From the IMG/VR virus record IMGVR_UViG_3300020382_000114, positions 1 to 34,651 of that record: DNA of 34,651 nt; one strand, written 5' to 3'. The DNA comes from a virus. Its lineage: Duplodnaviria; Caudoviricetes. A program made the position numbers and the translations under genes. Of this stretch, positions 24,737 to 33,761 are shown piece after piece; position 1 is the stretch's first letter, and the number at the start of each line of letters is the position of its first letter. Under the pieces are notes generated by a model. That model did not search any database and had not been told where the DNA came from. It saw only the letters and a program-made list of their open reading frames with translations.

Positions 24737-25015
24737 CTACACCTCGCTTCTAGGTAAATTATATTTCGATACTATGTGACCAACGACTTCCTTAGACGTT
24801 TGAGTAAAGTCGGCGATGTCTTCTATGTTTAGTTTTTTCAACAACATGCGGTTAATACGGCTGGCCTTCAGTGACAGGGGCATCTTTTTCTGATTGTACA
24901 CGCGACGATCTAAAGTGGGCGAAGCGCCCCATCTGATCCTCGACCTCTCATTTTCTAGCTGAGCAACTAGAGACATGCGACGCCCAAGCTCGGCTTCCGC
25001 TTTACACCCTGTCAA
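24737..25015 (-). CDS. Hypothetical protein with possible C-terminal HTH
   Basis: LNIEDIADFTQTSKEVVGHIVSKYNLPR resembles an HTH; GGAG RBS upstream. Confidence 0.6.
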   Translation of the reverse strand: MTGCKAEAELGRRMSLVAQLENERSRIRWGASPTLDRRVYNQKKMPLSLKASRINRMLLKKLNIEDIADFTQTSKEVVGHIVSKYNLPRSEV

Positions 25016-25157
25016 TGTTCTTCTCCAGCATGTCTATCAAGTAGCCTATCTCTTCCACTTTTTGCTTGAGACCGTAACGGCCAAGGGTTGCAGCTTCTGT
25101 GCTCATGCCGTTTAGCCTGTGTTTTAGTGTTTTTATTATTTGCTCGTTCTGAGTCAT
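25002..25157 (-). CDS. 51-aa hypothetical protein (not in ORF track)
   Basis: MTQNEQIIKTLKHRLNGMSTEAATLGRYGLKQKVEEIGYLIDMLEKNIDRV*; ATGA-coupled to the primase-helicase stop, GAGG upstream. Confidence 0.65.
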   Translation of the reverse strand: MTQNEQIIKTLKHRLNGMSTEAATLGRYGLKQKVEEIGYLIDMLEKNIDRV

Positions 25158-27949
25158 ACTTCTTCCTCTTCTGGCACTAGCGATAACGCCGTGCCGAAAT
25201 ATAGTTTGTTAAAGTTTAATTCGTAGCAACGGCTCTGGCCGCTCGGCACCGTTGATCCCTGACCGATATAGATACGAGAGCTAGACGACCCGTCTGCTTG
25301 CATCATTAGGTACCCAGCACGATCTAGTTCATCGCGTATCGCCGCTGGGGCTACACCAAATTCTTTGCACCAGTCAGCAATACTTTTGACGGTCACGAAA
25401 GCCTTTTCGCTGTCGGTGGCGATACGGCCAACCGCAGGAGCGCGAAGTGGAAACGCAGTGTCCTCCTTGTTTGCGTTCGCGTTGCCTAGCCTTTTGGTAA
25501 CAATGAGTCGTCCTTGTAGCGTGGCGATAAACGCTGCTAAATGCTCAGCGACGTCTGTGTTGGTTTCGCGTCGGCCTTCGCGCAACTGTTTAACTTGACC
25601 CTCCGCCCACTTTTGCATCTTGCCTATGTCGAACGAGATAAGGCCAAGCTTCTGGGCGATCTTCCCTGCGACCAGCGCGGTAACGATGGTGTCACGGTAG
25701 AAGCGTTCCTTGTTGTCGTCCTCTGACTTGGGATTAAATTTGCCACGCGCAGCTGCTAACTGACGACGTACCCAGTCCATGTTTTTTATGATGAAACGGA
25801 TGTATGGTAGACACGCCTCGCCGTACACGTGGTCCATGTGGTTCTCGATGAACGTCTGGGAGATGTCGGGGAATACGCGAGACCGATAGTCAGCTGGCAA
25901 AGATATTTCAAAGAAGCGCAGTTGCGTCGCCTCGACGCGGTACCCCGCAGGCAGTTTGGATATGCTCTCGAGGATGCTGTCGTTGCTCGTTATGAAACTG
26001 TTCTTAAACCACTGACCGCCCACGGTGGAGAAGTTACCGTTGGTTTTTAGCCTTTCTTTGTCGCGTCCGTTAGCCAGTGCGTAGCCCGTGCGAGTTAGTT
26101 CGTCTGGGGTTCTGCCAGAAAACTCGTCGAGCAACATCGGCATCCCACCCATGATTGCGATCCGCTTGATTACCGCGTTCAGTGTCGAGCCTTGTTCGCC
26201 CGTCTGTCGCTCCATGAGTTCTGGGTTGCCGTAAAAGCCGCAGGCGATCTTGCAGGCGGTCGACTTACCTGTGCCGCCGAACCCTGTGAAGGCGAGCGGT
26301 AGCCCGTGCCAGTTACTACTGCCCATGAGCTCAACGAGAACTGAACCCATCGAGTGGCACAGCGCGAACTGAAACGGCTCTGCGTCTTTGCGGTTGTACA
26401 GCGTGTCTATGTTAGCGACCCACTCGTCTAGGGTGCCGCTCCGACCAAAATCAACAGATATGTCGTGGGGAACGGTGTCGTCACACAATACTCGCACACT
26501 ACTGTCGTGTGTAATCATGTTCGTGCCCATAACAAAGCCGCTGCGATCAGGGAGCCATCCGAACTGTCCATAAGTTTTCGTTTCGATCTTCCAAGCTTGT
26601 AGCGTTTCGATCAAGTTTTCTGCAAATTCTGCCATATCAGACCTCGAGTTTTTTAGGCGCATTAGGAATATTTCGTGCGCGGCTAAGGTTTTCGCCATCA
26701 AGTCCGCAGAGGCCAACTCAGACGTCGGCATGAAAAACTCGCGCCACGCACCGTTCTTTTCTAAAGCTCTCCAGTGGATGACCCACGTGCCTTCACTGTC
26801 TTGGATACGGTTCAGTGGGTAGATAAAGGAGCGACAGAAGGGTCTCCACTGGGCGACGCCGTCGGCGTCAACAACTGACCGGCTGAGCGCGGTACCATTC
26901 CATCTCCAGCCACTGGCTGGCCAGTAGGGGATAGACTGCCCTTCGATGACAGCCCCAGATCCCGTCGTCGGCGCTGGTGGAGGTGGTGTTGGTGCGGCTA
27001 CCAACGGTGTCGGATCAACTTCTGGGGGAGCGAAACCTTTGCTCCTAGCCCCGTCAATCATCACTTGTATATCGTTGAGCGTCTCCTCAGACGAGTAATC
27101 GTCAAGTGTGTAGCGCCCCGCCAAAGAGATAATTTCTTCGTCTGTGTTTCCTTTAGATACCCAGCTGGCCACAAGCTTCAGCACGTTGTCGTGCCAGTCA
27201 TCTCCGTTCAACGCGGCGTCGGACGCTGCAATGCGGTCCAACTTAGGAATACTCTCGATGACCCCAAAGCCAGATACTGGTTTGGTTTTTATATCGTTGG
27301 CTCTAATAAATTCTTGAAGCGCTGACCGGATGATAGCAACTGGGTAACGCGGTCCCTGCTTGAGTAGTTTAACCTCGCGCGGATCACCGTACTTTCTGTT
27401 GTACAGCCCGACGGGTCGTAAGACGCGAGCACTGTCTGTGTCGATTGCCTTGTCTACCAGTATGTTTAGATGTGTCGTGACTTTTCTTTTAAGTAAAGCT
27501 AGCTCATTCCACGTCGCTGCGTCCATGTCTTCGTCGGTGTGCAGGTATGTATGATAGCCGCCGCCGCTGTCCACAACGCTGGGCGTTAGGCGCAGAGCCT
27601 TCGACAAGGTAACAATACCCGCGATGGCTTCCTCTTTAGTTTTGTAGTGGCCCTCTTTATCTTTGACGTCGTAGTCATCAAAGAGCGCCTGGGAGGCGAC
27701 GACGTTCTCTTGCTTGCGGATAACATCTTTGCCGTCTTTGTCTTTGTACCAACTGCCAAAAGTATTCACCGCAAAATACGCAGTCATCCCCGGGCCGTCG
27801 ATTTCTACAGCGGCTACGGCGGCTTCGGCAACCGTCTCGTAGCTTCTGTGGCTCCACCTAGTTTTCCCGTGGGCAGTCTCCTCAAGAAAGCCGAGGACAA
27901 CTGTTCCAGTCGTTGGCAGAACCCACTCTAAAAAATCTAGTGTGTTCAT
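25154..27949 (-). CDS. Primase-helicase (RepB/AEP-like primase, PriCT-like, DUF927 + P-loop helicase)
   Basis: ALFDDYDVK and VVDSGGGYHTY primase motifs, WHDNVLKLVASW, a Pro-rich linker, QFGW (DUF927), Walker A GFGGTGKS and Walker B MLLDE. Confidence 0.85.
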   Translation of the reverse strand: MNTLDFLEWVLPTTGTVVLGFLEETAHGKTRWSHRSYETVAEAAVAAVEIDGPGMTAYFAVNTFGSWYKDKDGKDVIRKQENVVASQALFDDYDVKDKEGHYKTKEEAIAGIVTLSKALRLTPSVVDSGGGYHTYLHTDEDMDAATWNELALLKRKVTTHLNILVDKAIDTDSARVLRPVGLYNRKYGDPREVKLLKQGPRYPVAIIRSALQEFIRANDIKTKPVSGFGVIESIPKLDRIAASDAALNGDDWHDNVLKLVASWVSKGNTDEEIISLAGRYTLDDYSSEETLNDIQVMIDGARSKGFAPPEVDPTPLVAAPTPPPPAPTTGSGAVIEGQSIPYWPASGWRWNGTALSRSVVDADGVAQWRPFCRSFIYPLNRIQDSEGTWVIHWRALEKNGAWREFFMPTSELASADLMAKTLAAHEIFLMRLKNSRSDMAEFAENLIETLQAWKIETKTYGQFGWLPDRSGFVMGTNMITHDSSVRVLCDDTVPHDISVDFGRSGTLDEWVANIDTLYNRKDAEPFQFALCHSMGSVLVELMGSSNWHGLPLAFTGFGGTGKSTACKIACGFYGNPELMERQTGEQGSTLNAVIKRIAIMGGMPMLLDEFSGRTPDELTRTGYALANGRDKERLKTNGNFSTVGGQWFKNSFITSNDSILESISKLPAGYRVEATQLRFFEISLPADYRSRVFPDISQTFIENHMDHVYGEACLPYIRFIIKNMDWVRRQLAAARGKFNPKSEDDNKERFYRDTIVTALVAGKIAQKLGLISFDIGKMQKWAEGQVKQLREGRRETNTDVAEHLAAFIATLQGRLIVTKRLGNANANKEDTAFPLRAPAVGRIATDSEKAFVTVKSIADWCKEFGVAPAAIRDELDRAGYLMMQADGSSSSRIYIGQGSTVPSGQSRCYELNFNKLYFGTALSLVPEEEEV

Positions 27950-27961
27950 AATATACCTAAA

Positions 27962-27977
27962 TGTTTACGCGTTAACA
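27962..27977. promoter_or_regulatory. GTNNAC 8-bp periodic motif, copy 4
   Basis: TGTTTACGCGTTAACA (near-palindromic) 13 bp upstream of the primase-helicase start. Confidence 0.55.
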
Positions 27978-27982
27978 GATTG

Positions 27983-28008
27983 GGTAGCCGAAGTTTCCCT
28001 CGGCTACC
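27983..28008. terminator. Perfect 9-bp hairpin downstream of the SSB-like gene (terminator/processing site)
   Basis: GGTAGCCGA-agtttccc-TCGGCTACC; no strong U-tract. Confidence 0.45.
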
Positions 28009-28036
28009 GTTGAGAAAGCCCCCCAGCCTTGTCTTG

Positions 28037-28780
28037 TTATCCGACTTCGTCGAACTCGAGCTCGTCCAAGCCAATCTCTATCGCGTTGAGTTCTTTAGCT
28101 GGTGCTTTTGGCGCTGGTGCCGGAACCGCTTTCGGAGCCATAACCGCTACTGGAGCAGGGGAGCCCATGTCGAAGTCATCCGCTGCATTGGCCGCTGGAG
28201 CCATAAGTTCAGTAGCAAACCCACCAACGTCTGAGTTGAACCCACCGTCGATAACCTCGAACGCAGAGCGCTGCTTCATTTCAGCTAGCTCGATTACCTG
28301 CACCTGACGCAGACGGAGCGACACACCACACCCACGTACTGGCTCATATGTAACCAAACCAACAAGAACGTTAACCAGAGAACCTGACGTCAACAAGAAG
28401 TCTGATGGCATCTGCTTGTTATTAGCGTCGAACTGCTTTGGTGGTTCTGTCAGATCAGTACCGAACTTACCCTTGAGCTTTGTCTCGATCATAAACATAC
28501 CGGCGTCGTCGAGCTTGAAAACGTCAGCGGCTTTTGGGAACGCGTCCCACTTATCGTTTTTAGTAGCTGTGTAGTGCTCCTTCATGGATGAGTACAAGCT
28601 GACAGCCTGTGCCTTGGTTAGCACTAAGGTCATTGAGTATTCAGACCCTTCATCTGTAGGAGCACAAGGAACGGTGCGGCCCCGATCTCCAGCGTTGGAA
28701 TCAAATTTGTAGGTCTGATTAATCTTCGGGTACATTGAAGTTACGTCAGAAATTATAAGTGTTGTATTCTTACTAGCCAT
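28037..28780 (-). CDS. Single-stranded DNA-binding protein (T7 gp2.5/DUF2815-like)
   Basis: YPKIN..Y, GSLVNV, GVSLRLRQVQVIEL motifs, Pro/Ala linker and acidic tail LDELEFDEVG; GGAGG RBS. Confidence 0.75.
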   Translation of the reverse strand: MASKNTTLIISDVTSMYPKINQTYKFDSNAGDRGRTVPCAPTDEGSEYSMTLVLTKAQAVSLYSSMKEHYTATKNDKWDAFPKAADVFKLDDAGMFMIETKLKGKFGTDLTEPPKQFDANNKQMPSDFLLTSGSLVNVLVGLVTYEPVRGCGVSLRLRQVQVIELAEMKQRSAFEVIDGGFNSDVGGFATELMAPAANAADDFDMGSPAPVAVMAPKAVPAPAPKAPAKELNAIEIGLDELEFDEVG

Positions 28781-28799
28781 GTTGGCCTCCTAAGTTGGG

Positions 28800-29318
28800 T
28801 TAATGAAAATTAAAACCTTCTGTCACCGCGAAAGCCGAAGCCGTGCGCGGGGACACTCTCTTTAGTTCGTCTAGCTCACCGTCTTGTAGAAAACGTGTGA
28901 CCCTAAACGAAAGCGAAGTACGATTGTTGCTCTCCGTAGTGTCGATCTTTGTGACAACATTGGATAGCTTCTCGCCTCTGGATACGACCTGCTTCTCAAA
29001 GTCTCTGAGTGCTCGTAGAGAAGTGGCCGGAACAACCAACGATAGCTTGTGGCGGCTGTCTAACTGTATAAGCGAGAGTTGACTAAACTCCCTACAGCGC
29101 TTGCCGCGCTTGCCGTTGGGTGTAATCTTGGAGCCCCACTGGTTGTGTGTGCAGATTGCACATTTGTTCGCCTGTGGGGTCGCTGTATCTGATGCGGGAA
29201 CGACGCCGTCGTCGGAGTGGCACATGTGTGCACCCTCGTTGGTGAAGCATGTACGAGCACTGGTTATCCCAGATACTATTACAGTCTCGACTGGTAGTTC
29301 CTCAAAAGTCAGCATCAT
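28800..29318 (-). CDS. Cys-rich conserved phage replication-module protein
   Basis: C.S.DG..P......C..C..NQWGS....GK.C motif and L.VPATSLR; located in the replication operon. Confidence 0.65.
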   Translation of the reverse strand: MMLTFEELPVETVIVSGITSARTCFTNEGAHMCHSDDGVVPASDTATPQANKCAICTHNQWGSKITPNGKRGKRCREFSQLSLIQLDSRHKLSLVVPATSLRALRDFEKQVVSRGEKLSNVVTKIDTTESNNRTSLSFRVTRFLQDGELDELKRVSPRTASAFAVTEGFNFH

Positions 29319-29716
29319 GTGCGCCTAAAATTTACAACTTGTGTTTCGCTCCAGTTTGTCCCCGGAATTAAGTCGTCGTGCTCTTCGCGGAATTGCACCG
29401 CGCCTGACTTACTCACTCGGATATCTGCAAGCTCCCACGCGTCGTGCTCTTTGATGTAGTTAGTAAACATGTCACGATCTGCTACTGTGGCAGACGAACG
29501 TGTTGACCTGTAAGCAGTTCCAAATTCACGCGACGAAACGTTGTCGATCCCACGATCATCGAAACGACGAAGGAACTCGATCTCTATACCGTCTTGTTTT
29601 TGCTTATCACCAGCATCGTCCAACGCGTAGTCAGCTTTGCGTCTAGTACGCCGATCTCTCAATTCGATGAAAAACTGTAGTAGCGTTTTGTCATCCAACT
29701 TCTGTACTTGTGCCAT
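29315..29716 (-). CDS. Conserved phage protein (Gp157/Gam-like coiled coil)
   Basis: N-terminal helix, GTAYRSTRSSATVAD.D.F..YI and a C-terminal IPG motif; GGAG RBS. Confidence 0.6.
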   Translation of the reverse strand: MAQVQKLDDKTLLQFFIELRDRRTRRKADYALDDAGDKQKQDGIEIEFLRRFDDRGIDNVSSREFGTAYRSTRSSATVADRDMFTNYIKEHDAWELADIRVSKSGAVQFREEHDDLIPGTNWSETQVVNFRRT

Positions 29717-29894
29717 ATATGCTCTCCTTTTTGGCAGTCAGCCACCTGTCGATGTCTGTTTCGTCCCACCGAAAAACTTTTGGTGAAACCTTGATTGGTT
29801 CGGGGAAGCTATGCTCTCTCCTCCGAAACGAATGTAGGGCACCTTTAGTGATGCCTAGCTTGGCCGATACCTCGGTTGGCTTTAGTAAATTCAT
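29691..29894 (-). CDS. AlpA/excisionase-family winged-HTH DNA-binding protein
   Basis: MNLLKPTEVSAKLGITKGALHSFRRREHSFPEPIKVSPKVFRWDETDIDRWL; start is the ATG at 29894 (GAGG upstream), not 29957. Confidence 0.85.
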   Translation of the reverse strand: MNLLKPTEVSAKLGITKGALHSFRRREHSFPEPIKVSPKVFRWDETDIDRWLTAKKESIYGTSTEVG

Positions 29895-29910
29895 TGTATG
29901 ATACCCTCTT

Positions 29911-29932
29911 ACGTGTTCACGTGTAAACACAT
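29911..29932. promoter_or_regulatory. GTNNAC 8-bp periodic motif, copy 5
   Basis: AC GTGTTCAC GTGTAAAC ACAT directly upstream of the AlpA-like gene. Its reverse complement contains ATGTGTTTACACGT, identical to 34140-34153. Confidence 0.6.
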
Positions 29933-29953
29933 TAGTTCTTATGGTTTGAGGCG

Positions 29954-31527
29954 TCAAGCGATTACGCGATGTGCTTTCACTTCGTCGAGCAGTGCACCTT
30001 GCATCTTTTGCTTTTTACGGAGCCTCGCATAGATGCGTTTCTCCACGGGTGTACCTTCCAAGCAAATGATAAAGTTATTCATCTTCTGTCCGGGGCGGTT
30101 GATACGCCCGTTGGCTTGCTCGAAGGTCTCGTTCGACGTGATGCAGCTGTACCAGATGATTGTGCTGGCAGCTGTAAGGGTAAGGCCGTGTGACATGGCG
30201 GCTGGCTGCGCAACCAGAACACGTGGCTCGTCTGACTTTTGGAAAGCGCCGAAGATGCGGTCACGTTCTGTCTTACTTACCCCACCATGGATGATCTCGA
30301 CAGAGAAGTCCTTGGCTAGTTCTTTTGCCACCATCTTGACCGACGAGACAAACGGTACGAACACAATAACTTTGCCCTGTGCCGATTGTATAATAGCTCG
30401 GGTCTCTTCAACACGCGGCGACGTAGGGATCGTAACTTCTGTGCCGTCGGTTGCGTAGACAACACCGCAGGCTATCTGCACCAGCTTGGCCATCTTGACT
30501 GCTTCGTTAACCGCTGTGATTTCACCTTCGTCTGCTTGTATGCTGAGTCGTGTAAGCATTTCCTTGTATGCTTTGTTCTGCTCTGGGGTCAGCGTCACTG
30601 CGCGGGTTTCGTACATGAGCGGCGGAAGATCGAGGCACTCGTCTCTAGTGAAGCGAACCGACGGTTGCATTACGTCCTTAACGATCTGCGTAGCTTCGGG
30701 TCGTGGTATCCACTGGAACTGCGATAGCTGCTTCATCACCGTGCCCTTGAACCTGTTGAAGTAGGGAGGGACACTGGCTGGGTTTATTAGGCGGCATTGC
30801 GCCCATGCGTCAGTCGGTGCGTTCGGCGTCGGGGTGCCGCTCATACCCCAGCAAGAGCGGGGTTCTTTGTGTCGGTTGACTACCAAGTTGATCTGCTTCC
30901 AACGTGTGGTGCCAGCGTTACGAGCGCACTGCGCAATCTCGTCTACTATAACAAGGTCGATATCAGTGCGCGTCTTTAGATGGGGCTCGAGGATACCAAC
31001 GCCGTCGTGGTTAACTATGTAGACGTCGAAGTCTTCTTTGAGCAGCTTAATTCTTTTATCTTTGGAGCCGTGTAGGACAGCAAATGTGAGGTGCGGAAAG
31101 TGGTTGAACAACTCGTCCGCCCAGGTACGTTCCAACGTCGACAACGGGGATATAATCAAACACTTGTTGAGTAGCCCTATGCCGCGCAGATAATCGTACG
31201 CCCACAAGGACGCTAACGATTTGCCAGTACCTAGCTCTGAGAGGTTGAACGCTCGTTTGTGCATAGACAGAAACGCAGCGGCTTCCTTCTGAGCGTGAAA
31301 TGGGGTGAAGCGTCCGGGCCAATCATAATACGTGCGGATCGGGGCAGGGGCGTTGTAACCTAAGTTACGCAGTAGTCGGGTCTCTTCGGTGCGGTGCGGC
31401 ACTGCAACCAATGGTGTTCCGTTAACTATATAACTATAAAAGATTTAGCACTTGGTACGACGTTAAGTACTTGCGCGGAGTCTCGGAGCTTCAGCACTAA
31501 GGCTTTCTTGTCTTTCATCACTAGCAT
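29954..31527 (-). pseudogene. SNF2-like (SF2) helicase, frameshifted near the 5' end by an 8-bp tandem duplication
   Basis: Motifs ELGTGKS, IVDE, MSGTP, QP.AMSHGLTL and QANGRINRPGQ. The strong start (GAGGAG-N7-ATG at 31527) hits TAG after 33 codons; removing one TAACTATA copy (31423-31438) gives a continuous 521-aa ORF. Confidence 0.75.
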
Positions 31528-31738
31528 TGTTTAACTCCTCGTCGATCTGTCTGATGCGCTCATCGCAGATATGTTTGATTTTCTCGTAGTCTAGGCGGCG
31601 TTCGCCTTTCTCTCTCAGGATGCGCTTAACTATGTCTGCATCCCACGGGTTAAGGCTGTACTCTCGCCAGATATCCCACGGTTGTATTTTGTGGTTAGCG
31701 TAGTCTGAGTGACCCACGTTATATTCGCGTGGGTTCAT
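31463..31738 (-). CDS. DUF3310-like protein
   Basis: VGHSDY..HKIQPWDI....L......IVK..LR.K....D.EK..H pattern. Confidence 0.7.
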   Translation of the reverse strand: MNPREYNVGHSDYANHKIQPWDIWREYSLNPWDADIVKRILREKGERRLDYEKIKHICDERIRQIDEELNNASDERQESLSAEAPRLRAST

Positions 31739-32007
31739 GTCTTACCCTTCGTGTACATTCCGGGTTTTTTACCGCGCCAGCCTTTGTTAGCTTTGGCACT
31801 GATGACACGGGTGTTACCGTCGGTAGCGCTGCCGCCAGCGTCCAGTGGAACCTTGTGGTCGACGTGCTTACCGTCGCCCTTCTTAACTTTACCAGCTACA
31901 ACGGCGTGACGACGGGCTTTGTTCTGAGCAACCCGTTTTTTCATTACGTCTGGTCGAGCGTTGTACTTCGCTTTAGTCGCCAGTTCTTGCTTTGATGATT
32001 TGGTCAT
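31735..32007 (-). CDS. Small basic HNH-like endonuclease
   Basis: KKGDGKHVDHKVPLDAGGSATDGNTRVISAKANKG (H-N-N type); GGAGG RBS. Confidence 0.7.
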   Translation of the reverse strand: MTKSSKQELATKAKYNARPDVMKKRVAQNKARRHAVVAGKVKKGDGKHVDHKVPLDAGGSATDGNTRVISAKANKGWRGKKPGMYTKGKT

Positions 32008-32296
32008 CGAGTTCCTCCATGATGGCTATTACTTGGGCTACGTCGTCGACTACATGTGCTAACCCGTTAGCACGTTGTATTCCGTTTATTTCACGTAACT
32101 GGTTAGGTGTAACGTTCTTAATTTTGCCCGGAGCCTTGGTCTCGAAAGCTAAGAACTGGCCTGAGTAGCAAACTAATATATCGGGGCATCCTACACGGCC
32201 CATGCCGTTAGATACAGGCATGTAGTACCACGCACCGATAGATTGTAAGTATTCCTTGACCTTCTTCTTAACTTTAGCTTCTGGCGTCATCGGCAT
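31973..32296 (-). CDS. VRR-NUC domain nuclease (Holliday junction resolvase-like)
   Basis: TPEAKVK, G.PDILVC..G.F.A.E.KAPG....TPNQ; start at 32296 or 32290 rather than 32353. Confidence 0.85.
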   Translation of the reverse strand: MPMTPEAKVKKKVKEYLQSIGAWYYMPVSNGMGRVGCPDILVCYSGQFLAFETKAPGKIKNVTPNQLREINGIQRANGLAHVVDDVAQVIAIMEELDDQIIKARTGD

Positions 32297-32465
32297 TAGT
32301 AATCCAGTCTCCGTAAATTTCGATGTAAGATTCAAGTCGGTGCAGCAACTCATTCTCGAGAGGTGTTACATCTTCTCTACCTACGCCGTGTTTATGTAGC
32401 TCTACGTTGTTCATGTCGATGAGTTCTGTAGTCGTGCTTCCCGTTTCAGTATTGTTGTAGTCCAT
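32274..32465 (-). CDS. Hypothetical protein
   Basis: 63-aa ORF filling the gap between the nuclease genes; contains TPLENELLHRLE. Confidence 0.55.
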   Translation of the reverse strand: MDYNNTETGSTTTELIDMNNVELHKHGVGREDVTPLENELLHRLESYIEIYGDWITNADDARS

Positions 32466-32511
32466 TCCTAATTCACTTCTGCCAGTCCTATAGTCGCTGG
32501 CGTTCTATTTG

Positions 32512-33177
32512 TTATGCCCCGCAATGTTCACACAAAGATCGTCCGACTGGACACCAGTTTTTGCATAAACCTGACGGCTTTGGGAGCCACTTATCGTTGC
32601 TGTATGCAGTTGCTACTCTGGATAGCCTAGGCATAAATTCGTTCCATATTTCGGGTAGCTGGTCACGCGTGAACACCTCCTTGTCAAACTTCTCCACCTT
32701 CAACCAGATGAACCCTGTAACTACGCGTTGGACCCAAGGGTACATAGCGAACGCTAGGGCAGCGAATAGCTTTAACTGGTCGTTGTTGGGCCTGTGTTTA
32801 CCCGTCTTCCAATCTAGTAAGTAAGCGGTGTCGGAGCCAACTACTCCGATGTCTATAATACCTCGGACCCAGACGTCCTTGGCCATCCACTTTGTCTGGC
32901 GGAAATCTTTAGTGAGCGCCACACGCTCCTCCACCACACGTCTGCCTTCGATAGCTAGTATCTGTTTCACGTAGCCTTCGTACTTCTGCATTTCTGGGGG
33001 CAGGGGCTGTCCTTTAGCAGCGAACAACTCCAACGCCTTATGTACTTGGTTTCCCCAGAGTGTGGCCTCAGTCTGCTTTTCGACAACTTGCTTTGTCACC
33101 CGCGTAAGCTGAAATCGCTTTGGGCAGGTTTCGAACGCAGTTAGCTGAGAATAAGACCACGGTTTAGTTAACTCCAC
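32512..33177 (-). CDS. PD-(D/E)XK exonuclease (RecB/Cas4-like)
   Basis: WSYSQL..FETCP, G..VH..LE, RGIID, DWKTGK, QL.L.A and C-terminal LC.NWCPV....C.HC. Confidence 0.88.
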   Translation of the reverse strand: MELTKPWSYSQLTAFETCPKRFQLTRVTKQVVEKQTEATLWGNQVHKALELFAAKGQPLPPEMQKYEGYVKQILAIEGRRVVEERVALTKDFRQTKWMAKDVWVRGIIDIGVVGSDTAYLLDWKTGKHRPNNDQLKLFAALAFAMYPWVQRVVTGFIWLKVEKFDKEVFTRDQLPEIWNEFMPRLSRVATAYSNDKWLPKPSGLCKNWCPVGRSLCEHCGA

Positions 33178-33761
33178 GGTGGCAACTCCTTTCCTTCATT
33201 GACCTCCGTATCAACTATTTCCCAAAACACAGCCAACAGTTCGGCTCGGGCTTCGGTGTCGATACGGCCTGACGAGAAGGAGGCACGATGTCCGTCGAGG
33301 AACTCCAACCTTCTCTTTGACCACTGATGCTCCAGACGAGATACCCACTGTAGTCGAGTATGGTAGTCTGTCTCACCGTATAGTGTTTCTGCTTTGGCAA
33401 CGGCCCTGTGGGACCGTTCCCTTCTCATCTGTTGCACGTACCGTCCGTTTATTCGACGGTAGTGAGCTTGTATTTGCTCCCATGCTTGGTCGCCTTTCGA
33501 GAACATGTCTCTCACGCTTAACAAGTAAATTGTGAAACCTTCTGGGTCTGGCGCAAATGCCATAACAATAGGTTCTAGGAACTCATGCGCTTTAGGTAAC
33601 AAAAAGGTATTAGGGTTTGCTACATAAGTCTGCATATATTTATCCGCGAGTGATATCCATTTATTAACTGAGTGCGGGTTCTTCCGCAGAATATCCGTAC
33701 AGACGTCTAGCGCTTCGCTAGCGTGTTCCGTTGGCTCGTAGGCCATGGTCGTATCCTTCAC
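33168..33761 (-). CDS. Hypothetical helical protein
   Basis: 197-aa ORF; the ATG at 33746 (AAGGA upstream) is the likely start; its end overlaps the nuclease start. Confidence 0.7.
   Translation of the reverse strand: MKDTTMAYEPTEHASEALDVCTDILRKNPHSVNKWISLADKYMQTYVANPNTFLLPKAHEFLEPIVMAFAPDPEGFTIYLLSVRDMFSKGDQAWEQIQAHYRRINGRYVQQMRRERSHRAVAKAETLYGETDYHTRLQWVSRLEHQWSKRRLEFLDGHRASFSSGRIDTEARAELLAVFWEIVDTEVNEGKELPPWS

Noticed and set aside
31420-31440. Programmed ribosomal frameshift or stop-codon recoding in the helicase
   Set aside because: No X XXY YYZ slippery heptamer is evident, TAG readthrough would not restore the frame, and other genes use TAG as a normal stop. The exact 8-bp duplication explains the break more simply.
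32481-32501. Hairpin GCCAG...CTGGC as a terminator
   Set aside because: The stem is only about 5 bp and there is no U-tract on the transcribed (-) strand.
32512-33177. Cas4 as part of a CRISPR-Cas system
   Set aside because: No repeat-spacer array or other cas genes; stand-alone Cas4/RecB-like nucleases are routine in phage replication modules.
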